A stretch of DNA of 62,715 nucleotides, counting the filler, from Welwitschia mirabilis (taxonomy: Eukaryota): assembly GCA_051453625.1 (NCBI GenBank). It is 4 parts of one record of this genome, joined end to end, with 100 filler letters (N's around TTAATTAATTAA, not from the genome) between each part and the next. Parts side by side here need not be neighbours in the genome. Positions count along the whole stretch, not along the records: positions 17,539 to 40,086 come from JBOZIK010000001.1; positions 40,187 to 57,782 come from JBOZIK010000001.1; 2 more parts are not named here. The stretch is one strand, 5' to 3'. The translations under genes and the position numbers were made by a program. Shown piece after piece: positions 36,310 through 50,219 of the stretch. The stretch's first letter is position 1, and every line of letters starts with the position of its first letter. The notes below the pieces were generated by a model. The model ran no database searches, was not told the origin of the DNA, and saw only the letters and a list, made by a program, of their open reading frames with translations.

Positions 36310-39300
36310 TATTGTGCTATCAACTTATGTATAGTTGATAGGGTATTCTGAGTTGTTTTATAGGTAAATTGACAAGTAAATGCTTGGTTTTCATGCTAAT
36401 GAAGAGCTGGGATGAAAAGAATGCAAACATGCANNNNNNNNNNNNNNNNNNNNNNNNNNNNNNNNNNNNNNNNNNNNNNNNNNNNNNNNNNNNNNNNNNN
36501 NNNNNNNNNNNNNNNNNNNNNTCCATCATCCACCTAATCATCTAGACAACAGAACAGATGACCATCTAACTGGATGCTGACTAAGGTCTGACTAGCAGCC
36601 AATGAGGATTTGACTTTGAGGTGGCATCGTCTCCTTTATTATCTGGACAACCAACCAGATGACACTGTTTGTAATGCCTACACTGAATGTTCATTTGACT
36701 TTTACCACTTGTATTCTGATTTTTTTTTGCATGGTGATTAGGGTTTACCCATGTCTTTCTATCTATTTCATTTCATGTCTTGAGTCAATAAATAGAGGTC
36801 TCCCCCTCGACTCCTCCTTGTCTTCGTTTGCACTCAACATACTTGTGACAGGAGATGGAGAGGTAAGGGAACCATCCTGTAGTTTTAGAGAGATATTTCC
36901 TTGGTGTTAGATGGCATCTCCTACATTGAGGTGTAGATACTTTATAATATGGATGTGATGTAATTTCTAATATAAATATTTCTTTTTGTGCTTTAATGTA
37001 TGAATGATCTTCTTCCCCATAGTTTATGTTGCTTGAGATTCAGTGATAACTTCTCTTGTGATATAGATTATAAGGGTAATATTTGTCAAGGTTGTGCTTG
37101 ATTAGTTTAGGTGCATTATTATTTTATTTCCTAGATTAGCCTTGTACAAGTATGTTTTATTTCATTTTCATACATTGCAAGTTATTTCTGTAGGTTAGGT
37201 TACATTATTTTTCATCTTGAAAGCAAATCTCTTATTTCTATATTTTGGCCTTTAATGAATTACGACATTCGGGTCACTCCCATATATATTAGTGTGTTGT
37301 GTTTGTGCATATTATTTGTGGTTAACAAAATTCTAATCACGATGTAAACATTGCATAAATATGCACCGCAACATCTCGCCATTACTGAGGAAGGATTCTT
37401 GGAGTTCGAGAGTTGTCATTACTTCAGTAAGTATTTCGGTTCACATGCTTGCTACAGCAACAATGTAATAGTACCTGTAGTAGCATAGGTTTCCCATTTT
37501 TGCAGAGTCAGTTTTTATTTTTTGAATTGAAGTTTAAGTTTTGGTTCTACAATAAAAGTATGTTGTCTGCTTCATCATCCAAATGACTCACAGTGACAAC
37601 AGCCTCTATGCCATAAGTTTTTTATTTTATTGTTTTATTTGAATTTTTAGGGTTTTAGTTCCATCGTTCCATTTGTCATCTAGATGAATTCATCAAAAGA
37701 CAATCTGCTTTCTGAGTTTTTCTTATCAAAAAGTCAGTTTTTTGTTTCTATTTTTTGCTTTTCCTTTTCTCATGATTTCTATGTTTCTGTCATCTAAGAT
37801 ATCATTCGGATGACTAAAGGAATGATACTTTTATAGGTCCGAGATTAAGTATGAATGGTTAAGTCTAGTAAAAAATAAAAATACCATAGAGATTAGCTGT
37901 TGATTACCAAAAACATCAGATAAGGTTTAATAAATCTTGAAATAGAAACTGGTAAAAAAAATCAAAGATATGAAAGGTTTTGAATTTCCTATAATTTTCA
38001 CTTTTATTTCTGTATAGTTTGGTTTTGCAACCATGTTGACCTCAGAACAAAAGCGTGAACAACCTATCTCTCCAAATCCACCCCTTGTCATTTGAACCCT
38101 TACTTCCACTCCTTCTCAATCTAATACTCCTGTTACCCTAAGNNNNNNNNNNNNNNNNNNNNNNNNNNNNNNNNNNNNNNNNNNNNNNNNNNNNNNNNNN
38201 NNNNNNNNNNNNNNNNNNNNNNNNNNNNNNNNNNNNNNNNNNTTTCTTGTGATATAGATTATGAGGGCAACCTTTATCAAGGTTATGCTTAGTTAGTTTA
38301 GGTGCATTATTATTTTATTTCCTATATTAGCCTTGCACAAGTGTGTTTTATATCGTTTTCATACATTGCAAGTTATTTCTATAGGTTAGGTTACATTATT
38401 TTTCATCTTGATAGCAACTCTCTTATTTTTATATTTTGGCCTTCAACAAATTACGACATTCAGGTCACTCCCATCTATATTAGTGTGTTGTGTTTGTGCA
38501 TATTATTTGTGGTTAATAGGATTCTAATCACGATGTAAACATTGCATAAATATGCACCGCAACATCTTGCCATTACTAAGAAAGGATTCTTGGAGTTCGA
38601 GAGTTGTCATTACTTCAGTAAGTATTTCGGTTTGGATGCTTGTTGCAGCAACAATGTAGTAGTACCTGTAGTAGCATAGGTTTCCCATTTTTGCAGAGTG
38701 AGTTTTTTCTTTTTCGAATTGAAGTTTAATTTTTGATTCTACAATAAAAGTATGTTGTCTGCTTCATCATCCAGACGACTCGCAGTGACGACAGCCTCTA
38801 TGCCATAAGTTTTTTATTTCATTTTTTTTATTTAAATTTTTAGGGTTTTAGTTCCATCGTACCATTTGTCATCTAGACGAATTCATCAAAAGACGATCTG
38901 CTTTCTGATTTTTTCTTGTCAAAAAGTTAGTTTTTTGTTTCTATTTTCTACTTTTCCTTTTCTCATGGTTTCTATGTTTCTGTCATCTAAGATATCATTT
39001 AGATGACTAAAGGATGGTACTTTTATAGATCCGAGATTGAGTATGAATGGTTAAGTCTAGTAAAAAATAAAAATACCATAGAGAGTAGCTGTTGATTACC
39101 GAAAACATCAGATAAGATTTAATAAATCTTGAAATAGAAACTAGTAAAAAACAGCAAAGATATGAAAGGTTTTGAATTTCCTATAATTTTTACTTTTATT
39201 TCTGTATAGTCTAGTTTTGCAACCATGTTGACCTCAGGACAAAATCTTGAATAACCTATCTCTCCAAATCCACCCCTTGTCTTTTGAACCCTTACTTCCA

Positions 39301-40086
39301 CTCCTTCTCAATCTAATACTCATGTTACCCTAAGAGATCTTATAGCCAACAAAAAAAGCTGAAATCCAAACTCCTTTTGACTTACCTCTTGGTGATGATG
39401 TAGAACTTTAAAACTTGAATGCTTATCCTACCTTTAGTGAAGAATCTAATGAAGATCCTTTATAACACATTATCGACATTGAACAACTTGTTCTTACTTT
39501 CAGAAATGATAAGAAACTATCATTCCCCTTACCATGAGAGATAAAATAAAACTTAGGCTTAGAATGATTCCCCATAAAAGCCTTAAATCTTAGTGTTAAG
39601 TTTACGAAGCCTTTATAAAGAGATTTATAAGTAAAACCACCATCTTGAAGTGTAAGAAAGAATTCACCAACTTCTAACAAATACCTAACAAAGACTATGC
39701 CTCTACCTACGATCAATTCTTTGTTACTTTAGATTCAAACCCCATAGATGCCTTTTCATAGGTAGAGTTAGTTGACTATTTTTACAGTGAGTTAAACAGT
39801 TATACCATGTAACTCGTAGATTTTTCTTATGGAGGCAACCTGTTAAACCAAATCCTAGAAGATGCTTGAAAGATGTTGAAAGATTTAGTAGCAGTAAGTC
39901 AAACCTAACCTAAACCCTTACTTAGAGAAAACCTAATAGTAGGCCAAATCATTAAGGACCTAAAAGAAGCCAAACATGAGAAGAATGAAACCAAAGTAGA
40001 AAATGAGCCAATTAGCGTCACTAAGGATTTCACTTCTACCTTAAAGAGATATAGCCAGATGATCCTTGATGTTAAAGTGATAACCA
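36310..40086 (+). mobile_element. Family A copy 3: 5' LTR (36310-37373), degenerate PBS, UTR and gag; ~1.1 kb repeated across the gap at 38143
   Basis: LTR start TATTGTGCTATCAA; ends TGCACCGCAACA at 37373 and 38564; gag MVKSSKK at 37855 and 39047; FDLPLGDDVEL*NLNAYPTFS. Confidence 0.88.
39047..40086 (+). pseudogene. gag: gag remnant
   Basis: Homologous to the gag of copies 1 and 2 (GDDVEL..LNAYP, ELVDYFYSELN, VGQIIKDLK). Confidence 0.82.
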
Positions 40087-40186
40087 NNNNNNNNNNNNNN
40101 NNNNNNNNNNNNNNNNNNNNNNNNNNNNNNTTAATTAATTAANNNNNNNNNNNNNNNNNNNNNNNNNNNNNNNNNNNNNNNNNNNN
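40087..40186. other. Artificial scaffold-joining spacer N44-TTAATTAATTAA-N44
   Basis: Same 100-nt unit as 17439-17538. Confidence 0.95.
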
Positions 40187-41639
40187 ATCTACTAGCTCTT
40201 TTTTATGAAATTCATTGATAGGATTGGAACGACTAGTGATTGTAAAATGTTCATAAGCTATCACCTAATCCTTATAAGTTTCTTGTTGAAAGTTAGTTAC
40301 TTATTTTCTTTTGTTCCTCATAGAACTCTCACTTAAAAATCTTTTAATAAATACTTCTCGCACTTGACTTTAAGATTTAAGGCTGTTATGTGGAATAATT
40401 TTAAGCTAAACTTTTTCTCTTTCTCTGAGGGTAACTGGAAAGATAATCATGTAAGTATNNNNNNNNNNNNNNNNNNNNNNNNNNNNNNNNNNNNNNNNNN
40501 NNNNNNNNNNNNNNNNNNNNNNNNNNNNNNNNNNNNNNNNNNNNNNNNNNNNNNNNNNNNNNNNNNNNNNNNNNNNNNNNNNNNNNNNNNNNNNNNNNNN
40601 NNNNNNNNNNNNNNNNNNNNNNNNNNNNNNNNNNNNNNNNNNNNNNNNNNNNNNNNNNNNNNNNNNNNNNNNNNNNNNNNNNNNNNNNNNNNNNNNNNNN
40701 NNNNNNNNNNNNNNNNNNNNNNNNNNNNNNNNNNNNNNNNNNNNNNNNNNNNNNNNNNNNNNNNNNNNNNNNNNNNNNNNNNNNNNNNNNNNNNNNNNNN
40801 NNNNNNNNNNNNNNNNNNNNNNNNNNNNNNNNNNNNNNNNNNNNNNNNNNNNNNNNNNNNNNNNNNNNNNNNNNNNNNNNNNNNNNNNNNNNNNNNNNNN
40901 NNNNNNNNNNNNNNNNNNNNNNNNNNNNNNNNNNNNNNNNNNNNNNNNNNNNNNNNNNNNNNNNNNNNNNNNNNNNNNNNNNNNNNNNNNNNNNNNNNNN
41001 NNNNNNNNNNNNNNNNNNNNNNNNNNNNNNNNNNNNNNNNNNNNNNNNNNNNNNNNNNNNNNNNNNNNNNNNNNNNNNNNNNNNNNNNNNNNNNNNNNNN
41101 NNNNNNNNNNNNNNNNNNNNNNNNNNNNNNNNNNNNNNNNNNNNNNNNNNNNNNNNNNNNNNNNNNNNNNNNNNNNNNNNNNNNNNNNNNNNNNNNNNNN
41201 NNNNNNNNNNNNNNNNNTTGGATAAGCACTTAAATGTCTTAACTCTACATCATCTCCAGGAGATAAATCAAAAGGATTTTGGATGTCATGTTTTCTATTA
41301 GTAATTAAATCCCTAAAAGTAACATTTACATTCAAGGAAGAAGTTGCTATCACGATTAGGATATTAGATGAAGCAACTTGTTTTTGTTTTTGTGACACTT
41401 TCAGTACATTTGACATATTCGAAGAAATAACATAATTGACTTTTATACTAAATTTCCTTTTGCAAATCTGATTCTGAAACAATAAAAGCAAAAAAATATT
41501 CTTCTTCAATTCTAAGAATTTGTGTACCTAGGGTATGTGTATCTGAATTTAGTTCAAAGTTGATTAATTCTTCTCTAATGTTTTCTTCAATTAGGTTTCA
41601 TTCTTTCTGATATTTTGTCTTCTTACTAGAATTCACCAT
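40187..41639 (-). pseudogene. gag: gag remnant, interrupted by a gap
   Basis: MVNSSKK at 41639; NVTFRDLITNRKHDIQNPFDLSPGDDVELRHLSAYP; TYMIIFPVTLRE. Confidence 0.85.
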
Positions 41640-43869
41640 ATCTCTGCATGCTCAAATAACTAAAAAATATCTGAAATAAAAAACAATAGATCATTGTCCA
41701 CCTTATTGTGGAGAGGACATGGAGGACAATGATCACAATAAGAAAAATCAAAAACTATAAAAATTCTGATAAACAGTCATCAAGGCTGTTATGAGAAATA
41801 TAGGAAGGATGACAGTATATTTATTTTATGGAAAAGAAAATATCAAAAATGTAGAAAAATTTCAGAACTATTATCCTTCTAGTCATGGGGATAACAAATA
41901 AAATGACAGTTTATTATGAAGAAAAACAAAGAAAAATTTTCAAATATAGAAACTAATTTCAATATCTTAAACTTTCATGCCCTATGTTATTGGGATGACA
42001 TAGAAAATGATAGGATCCCTAATAAAAATTATAGAAAATAAAGTTTGTAGAAATAAATCTACTTTAACATAATCTAAAAAAATATAGCACTAATTCAAAT
42101 AAATAACCTAAACAGAGGATTTAAGGTACTTATTTGGTTAAAGACAATCCTCTTAGCTCCTTGTGACCTTCTCGGTAATGACATCAAAATGTTGTAGTGT
42201 GAATTTATGCAATATTAAAGTCCTTTAGGTCAACCTGTAAATGAAATAACTTGTATAAAACATACATTAGTATAGAAAATAGTTCATCCAAATGTCATAA
42301 TCCAATGAAGGCACTAGACTTAGAGTTAGAGAATTGATTTCCCAGATGTATTTTTGGTCTTTTACCTTATGAAAAACTGAAAGAAAATAAACAAGTAAAT
42401 GCAATGCAAGATGATGAATATGAAATACAGTGAATGAAAATGGAAATGGAATCTACTTAGATCCTAGTCCTTCTATTACAAGAACTACTTTATCTATAAC
42501 TTATATCAATTGAGAAGAGTATCCACTAGTTCTTAACCAACATAAACTATGAGATCTATTCAAGTAANNNNNNNNNNNNNNNNNNNNNNNNNNNNNNNNN
42601 NNNNNNNNNNNNNNNNNNNNNNNNNNNNNNNNNNNNNNNNNNNNNNNNNNNNNNNNNNNNNNNNNNNTATTTTAGTCTTTTATCTTTTAATAACTGAAAG
42701 TAAATAATAAATTAAATGCAATGAAAAATGAATGAATATGAAATGCAGTGAATGAAAATGGAAATGGATTATACTTAGATCCTAGTCATTTTGTTATAAG
42801 AACTACCTTCTCTATAACATATATCAATTAAGAAGAGTATCTACTAATTCTGAACCAACATAAACTATGAGATCTATTCAAGTAAGATAAGAAATGCAAT
42901 ATAAAATGAAATGGAAATGCAATATAAATCTATTACTAACCAAGGTCAATCTTAACAAGGGTTGCTCTTATGATGTAAATAAATCATAGATTATTACTTA
43001 ACTATGTTCAACCTAAATCATAAGGAACATTCACAGAATTGGAATGAGAAGAAGAAATTGTATTAGCTTAAAGAGTATTTAAAACATAACATCCACTTAC
43101 TATCAGAACAATAGCATCTCAATGGAAGAGACTCAGTCTAACATCAAAGAGACTTCTTTCTGTAGCACTCAATGAACCTCTTGTTCTTTAATCCTCCATC
43201 ACAAGTATCAGGTACCAAATATGGATTAGAAATAAAGGAGGGAAAGAGTATTTATAGTTTTTCATTTGAGGATTTGGAATCAGAGCACTTAATATGGAAA
43301 ATAAAAATCCTAATAATCCACATGGATTATTTGACCCCATTTGTAATGATATTTTTTTGAACATGTAAAAATAGTTATCATCCCAGCTATTGTGGGGATG
43401 ATAGGGCCATGTGTCACCTGCCTCTATGTGTCCTATGTGATGCTGTTAGCCCCCTAGATTTTCTATCCATGTTAGTAGTGTCGTTTTCCTGCCTATCATG
43501 GGAACAACACAGGGGCCGATGTCATGTCACATATCTGTATGTACTCCATGTGCTATTGTCAGTCCCATAGCCTCTGTCCATGTCAGCAGGTCCATCATCA
43601 TGCTCAACATGTGGATGACAAAGGGGACAATGATTTTCCTTTTCTCCAATTTCCAAGGTAAGTCAGTCTTTTGCATCATGAGATCCTTCTTTAAAATATG
43701 TAGTATCAGAATATCCCTGAGAAACTGTTAAAAAATCTAATAATTACATGTTTTATTGATCATTCTATTAGATCTTCATAGTCATCAGTATTGCATCAAA
43801 ACCTGTGTGAATATCATGCAAAAGTACTTAAAATACACCATCAAATTCCTATAAATTGGCATCACACCA
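40187..43869 (-). mobile_element. Family A copy 4: 5' LTR (42190-43869), PBS (~42169-42186), UTR and gag
   Basis: Minus strand reads ...CACACTACAACA TTTTGATGTCATTACCGAGAA at the LTR/PBS junction; LTR start TGGTGTGATGCCAATTT matches the LTR start at 58781. Confidence 0.87.
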
Positions 43870-44604
43870 AGATTTGTGATTAATGTTATATATATAGCAT
43901 ATGTCTTTTAAATTTTGGACATGCATAATGGATTCTTCTATGCTAGTGAACCTTTCAAAGTCTACCATTTCATTTAATGTAAGGTTCTTACAAGAGATCA
44001 AGAGAGGTATTATTGAAGTTGGATTTTAGATAGTTTCTCTTGTTTTAAATATCTCATTTTGGATCATTGATGGCTCCATTAATAGTGGTTATATCTAGTC
44101 AGGGATTTGTCTTTAGCCTATTGATTTTTTTTAATGGTTTCTCTTCATGTATGAAGTATTCAAAGAGGTTGTCATCATTAGCCCATTTCTTAGTGTCTTG
44201 GACTTGTAATTTAAGCAATGCCTTTATATGTTCTTTATTACCACATTCATTAATGAAGTCTTTATCATTACCCCTTCAAGGAGAAATCCATTATTATGAG
44301 TTTAACTCTTTTATTGACTACTTGGTCCTAATCTTTTTGATATCATAGCATAAATTCATCTACTATATTAGATAAGGCATGGATCTTAGTAGGTTCTATA
44401 GTATGTAATAGTGTGAAGCCATCCATAGAGAGTGTAAAAGCATCTTATTAAAAGAAGAGTTTGTACATATACTTAGAAATGCATTTCTTTTTATCACATG
44501 TCAATATTGACATCATTGTTATTTTGGTTTGAGACAAGGTAATGGAAAGGACAAATAAGAAATTTTAAATGAATGATAAAAAAAAATCCATAAAAGGAGT
44601 CATC

Positions 44605-44943
44605 CTTCTAGTGCTAAACTATTTAGGTGAATTTTTCTAAATGAAGGGTTAACTCTAGATGTATTGTAATATTGATTGATTAAGCTTAGCTAAACATCAT
44701 TTTAATAGTTTGATTTGACTAAGTTTTATACTCCTCGTCTAATGTCAAACTATTTAGGGGATTTTTCCTAAATGAAAGATTAGTTCTAAATGTCACTTGA
44801 TCATAAATTATTAAGTTTGATTGAATGTCATTTTAATAGTTTAATTTGATTAAGTTTAATGCCATTCTTTTAGCACCAAACTATTTCAACAATTTTTCCT
44901 AAATTAAGATTAGTTCTAATGTCACTTAGTGATAATTGATTCA
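44605..44943 (+). repeat. 131-bp tandem repeat array (~2.5 units), resuming at ~52340-52460
   Basis: AAACTATTT recurs at 44616, 44747 and 44878 (period 131); the same unit words (TGATTAAGTTTAAT, CCAAAATATTT, GATTAGT) occur at 52345-52455. Confidence 0.85.
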
Positions 44944-46404
44944 TGTTCATGTATAGTAGTGAATCAGATATAACTAGGTAAGAACCTAGCATCATTCTTC
45001 CATAGGGATATATCTAGTAATTTAATGAAAGAATACACAATATTTCAACTTGAAATGAAAATAAAAAATAAAATACAAAATCAAAGTTTAAAATTAAGTT
45101 AAGTTTTATTTGATGATGTAAGAAAATTAAAGTTCTTCAAGGTCTAACTGATTCATCTTTAGTCCACCTTCACTCCAATGATTCCTGTATCTTGAAACAT
45201 AAAATAAAATTATCAAGTTGTTAAGGTTCAATGTGGAGGCATAATTACACTCACTACATGAGTATTAGTGAGTTATTCAATCCTCCTAATACTTCATAGC
45301 CCTTGATAAGCATGAAAACTATGAATAATTGTGTACAAGATTCATCAAGTGATAGCAACTATAAATATCCCAAAAGTAATATGAAACAACTCACTCAATA
45401 CTAAAGAACTTAATGATAAAGTAGTTTCACCTAAAAATTGCTAATGCCAAATGAATGATCATTAACAATAAAAGAATAAATCTACTTAAAAACTAGCTTT
45501 ACCTAAAGATTATCAATATGAAATAAATTGTGCATTAACAATAAAAGGAATAAAATTAATTTTTATATTAAAATCTAAAAATACACATTACATCAAAAGA
45601 GGAAAGGTAAAGAAGAAGAACTCTTTCCTTAGCTTTGAACATTCCACCTTGAAGAAAGAGGATTATAACACCATGACATCCTAACACTCCAAGTATTTTC
45701 ACCATGTTAGTTAACTAAAAGATCTATTACAATGGGGGATCAAGGCTCTTTTATAGATGAGAGAAGGCTTAAAAAGCTTTATCATGATTACATTAAGTGA
45801 GTGGTTAGTGGACAGTTACATAAGGGATTTTAATTAAGGTGGTTAGTTAAGAAGGAAGTTATAATGTTTGACATGTAGCCACAAAAAAGGATTTTTCATC
45901 TTCTTATGCAAATATGATAATGACATGTCCTCTAACTATTGATGATGCATCTAATGGATGCCATGTCATGTGTCTTTCACATGATCATCCTCATTGCACT
46001 ACATGCCACTATGACATATCATCTTATACTTCTGCTAAGTGTCATCTAGTTTGAAAATTTATTCTAGATTACTTTTGACTTAACCCATAATTTAATTTTG
46101 ATAAACTTATCAAAATAACATAGGAATGTGAGTTTTATAATAATCTACCTTAGAAGTCTGAAGATTCTAGTAGTCCTAGTTAATGACACTAGTCTTTGGT
46201 GCTAGAATTTCTTTAGTTTGGGCATAGTTCTTCAAAAGGTATTAATACACCTGCTCATGTTAGAAAAAAGTTTATAAGTTCATGAAAAATAGTAAAAAGA
46301 GTAGAATACATTAATATGTAATAAAATAATTCATTTTAATATTTCTCCCTATGATAAATTGATTAATTAGATCTATTTGTAATATCAAATTTTACATGAA
46401 AATA
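44944..46404 (-). repeat. 3' LTR of family B copy 2 (~1.46 kb)
   Basis: Direct repeat of 50220-52310; left terminus TGTTCATGT. Confidence 0.82.
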
Positions 46405-46994
46405 CATCCTCTAACCAGACTTTTGTTAGTCTTTTAGCAAAAGATTAAAAAAGAAATGATGAACATAGAAATATTATTTAAGTAAAATCATTCAAGTATA
46501 TAAATAATATTATTTCCAAAAAAAAATATTGATTAATGTTCAATAAAAAAGACATCAAAATTAAAAAATTTAGTAAAAATGGATGTGATAAACCCTAACC
46601 AAAATTAAACTTTATCCTCAAAGTTACAATGATAAGAAAATTTGATGTAAAGATTTTTAAAATAAGTTAATTATATGGCTAGTAAATGATTTTGATGTAA
46701 GTATTTAGGGAAAACAAATAATGCAATATAAAGGGAAACAAAACATGAAACCTAATGAGAAACCCAACATCCAAAAATTTAAAAGATAGAATACCTAAGT
46801 TAATGACCACATTTATTAAAAATTTCTAAAATTTTATTCTAAATTTAAAATGTTCTAGAATATCACACAAATAAGATATCCTTTAAGTAAACCTATAAGT
46901 AACCAACAATTAGTTAAGAAAACTTTAAGTATGCTAGTTAAGAAAAAGTGAACACAAAAAGCATCTTCAAGTCCCATCTTGTTCATTCCAATAT

Positions 46995-49385
46995 TTACCT
47001 TTTTCATGGTCATGCTTTGTTTTTAGTTTTTAGCATTTTAATCTAATTGGGCATCTTGTGTTAGGACATCTTCTTGTAATGGAGTTAAACATGTTGATAC
47101 ATAAAGAAATTAGTATTGCATTACCAGCAAGCATTTATAGCCTAAATGTAGTTGAAGATGTCATAAAATAAATCATCAGAGTTGCATTTCTAGTGAGTAT
47201 TCATAGTCTCGATGTATTTAGATAAACCCACTTTTTAAATGATCAATGTATAATGTGCATTTTGGAGAGGAGATATTTCATTTTCTTTTAATTACTAATT
47301 CTCATATTTAATTAGGTTTAATGCACATAAATGAGTCATTAGTTCATTAGCCTAATCAAGAAAAATCTTATTTCCATAAAGTGGTTTAAAAATAATTAAC
47401 ATAGAATAAAAGTAAATCCCATCTTATTTAATCCATCTTTCTAATTTGGAGACCTTAAGTAAAACTAAACCTTAATAAGTTGACTTAAAATAAGCAAAAA
47501 CATTTTTTAAAAAACTATAAGTAAATTTAAATTCTACCTAATTTGTAATAATAATGTAATCACTTATTAGTGATTTATTTCATTTAAGAGCCATTAATAA
47601 AGATCATTTAATTTAAGAAACTAATAAAAGGATATAAAAGAAGGGTTCCTAATGAACTTAAATAGAAACAATAAAAATGGAGGGGCTAGGTAATGGATTT
47701 CAAGGCAATGATGATTTATTTAATAGCATAGATAATATTTGGAACTTATTTGAAAATATTTAAGGCAAGGATTATAAAGGTGGTGGTGCTTAGATGGTCT
47801 ATAATGAGAAAAGGCATCAAGCATAAATGTTCTAGGATTTTCATTTTTTTAAACCAAAATTTATTGTAAAAGAAAAATATATTTTAAGAGAAAAGTCTAA
47901 TCTAAAAGCATATAAAGAAACTAAAAAGTTTGCAAGGTATCTCTGAAGGTCTTACATGTGTGATGATTTAACATGGCAAATGTAATGATTGAATGATGAA
48001 TTAGAATTATAAAAAGCATTTAAATATGATAGAAAATCCTTATAGATGTTTATGCATAGAAAGAATAACAATACTAGTAGTGATATTAATGCACTCTAAA
48101 TTAGAAACTATCCATCCTTTAGTCTATTCTTGTTTGTTCAACAACTTATGCAACACATTACATGGTATGAAGACAAAGATGAATTAAAGATTATGAGAGA
48201 AGGAAAATGATCATTAAAAGAAGTACTAGAAGATAGTTCCAAATAAAAGGATGATTTACCTTCATCATTAAAGTTTATATCTTTTTTAGATAAGATGGAT
48301 AAACATGACATTATTAGCTCAAGAGATTATTAAAAAGAATACAAAGGTTTTTTGTAAGATAAATCATGTTTAGGATCTTGGCTATTATTTTTCTCTTCAC
48401 TAAGGTTGTTGAGGGATTATTCCTCATGTTGTTGCATAAGTGACAATGGTTTTGATTCTATTTTTTACTCATTATTATTACTTATTAACTCATCCTCTAT
48501 TATGTAAATTTCTAATTTGTAATCTTTCTCAAATAGTTGCTCATGTATGGCTAATTGATCATCATGTGATGAATCTAATCCTACTCAAAAGTATATCTTA
48601 TTTACACATAATCATTCACTCTCTAAGGCTTTTTGAAATTCAAGGTCCTTTTGGAATCTCATCATAGGTTTTTTTATGATTTATGTTAAGGTTATCATTT
48701 CCATTCCTAAGGGATATAATTTGGATATCATCAAGTATATTCTCATTAGTCCCTTCAAAGTTTTTAAGGCTCTTAGATTCATGGAATTTAGGAAGTTTTT
48801 TCTTTTTGTTATTATTGATTGAGAGCCCTAAAGATCTGATTATTAGTTTGGGCTATTTCTTAAAGTATTTATTCAATATTTTTCTTAGTATTATTAGTTA
48901 TTTCTCTCAAACAAGATGAAGGGGATTGAAGCATGTTGGAAGCATTTTTTTAAGAATCTTTAAAAGGTATCTTTAAAGGAAGGTTAGGTGATTTATTAGG
49001 TATATGAAGATGATAGCTATTGATCAAATGATAAAAGATATGGAAAAGGAAATGGAGGGCAAGGATTTAAAAATAATGAATATGAAAAAGAAAGTAAAGG
49101 ATCTAGATTGTGATGATTGATGAAAGGCATGGGACCAAATTCCTATTATTCAATATATAGATTTTGAAATTCAATATTACAAGGAGGTTGATCTATGTAT
49201 GGATAGGGTTGAAGATACTCTCTAATAGTCTATCTATTATTAAAATGATTTAGGAAATAAAGATGATATGAGTTACATTGAAGGTAGTCCCCTAGATGTT
49301 GTTTAGACTAATGAAGTTTCATACAGTTCATCTGGGTTGATCATGATTCACAAAACTAAAGGAATAGACAGGTTGAAGTCCATGA
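46995..49385 (-). pseudogene. Decayed gag-derived ORF with unrecognised C-terminal extension; boundaries approximate
   Basis: Minus strand gives gag N-terminal TIREYLQP...PPC (~49220) and KKLPKFHE...QIISLRNG (TLRSG-like, ~48710); a frame-consistent decayed tail runs to ~46995. Confidence 0.55.
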
Positions 49386-50219
49386 GATGTTTTAAATTGA
49401 TCAAAAGATATTTCATTTTTAAGTTTTAAAAAATAAATTATGGTTTTAACTAAAAGTTCATGTTTTTCTAGCTGTTTGTAGTTTTAAAGAATGCATATTA
49501 TTCAAAAAGGCCTAGAGATATCACAATAGGTTTTAGTTAAAGTTGTAGGATGGTCAAAGTAAAAACACTAGTAGCACTAATCAGGGAAGGTAATGGAACC
49601 AGTAGTTTTAAGTAGAATAGTTTGAGAATGTACAAAGGTTAATTTTAAATTAGCGTAAAACGGTTTAGATTACATGGTCTAAGAAATTTTTAGCAAAAAA
49701 TAAAGTTATGTCCAACTTAGTTAAATTCAACTTAGGAAAATAGCCCGATGCATTTTTAATTTTTTAAAAATTTGTAGTAGAAACAAAACTAAACAAAACT
49801 AAACAAAACTGAAAAATTTACAAAAAATTATAGAAAATAATAGAAACACAAAATTTTAGAGTTACATTTAGTTTTTCTTCCATTCTAATCTCCATTTTGA
49901 TTGCAATCTATAGGAAAGTTGTTAGACCTTTAGCACAAATTATTTAATATAAAGGTAAGCTTTACATTAGAATAAAAACCTAAACAAAACTCAAAAAATT
50001 AAACCAATTAAAATGTTGCTAAAAATGAATTAGTACCCATCACTTGAAAAAAAGAAAACTTAAAAACAAAATACAAAAGGATCATTTTAGGTATCACTAG
50101 AAAAAAACCCAGTATCCATCACTGGAAAATTTAAAACTAAGTAAAAAACTTACAAGAAGAAAATCATGCATTCTTAACAAGCTACCATGCTAATATCCTT
50201 AGCAATGGCATCAAAAATA

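Noticed and set aside
39300..41640. Convergent gag copies suggesting a large inverted repeat
   Set aside because: The two copies are on different scaffolds joined by the 40087-40186 spacer.
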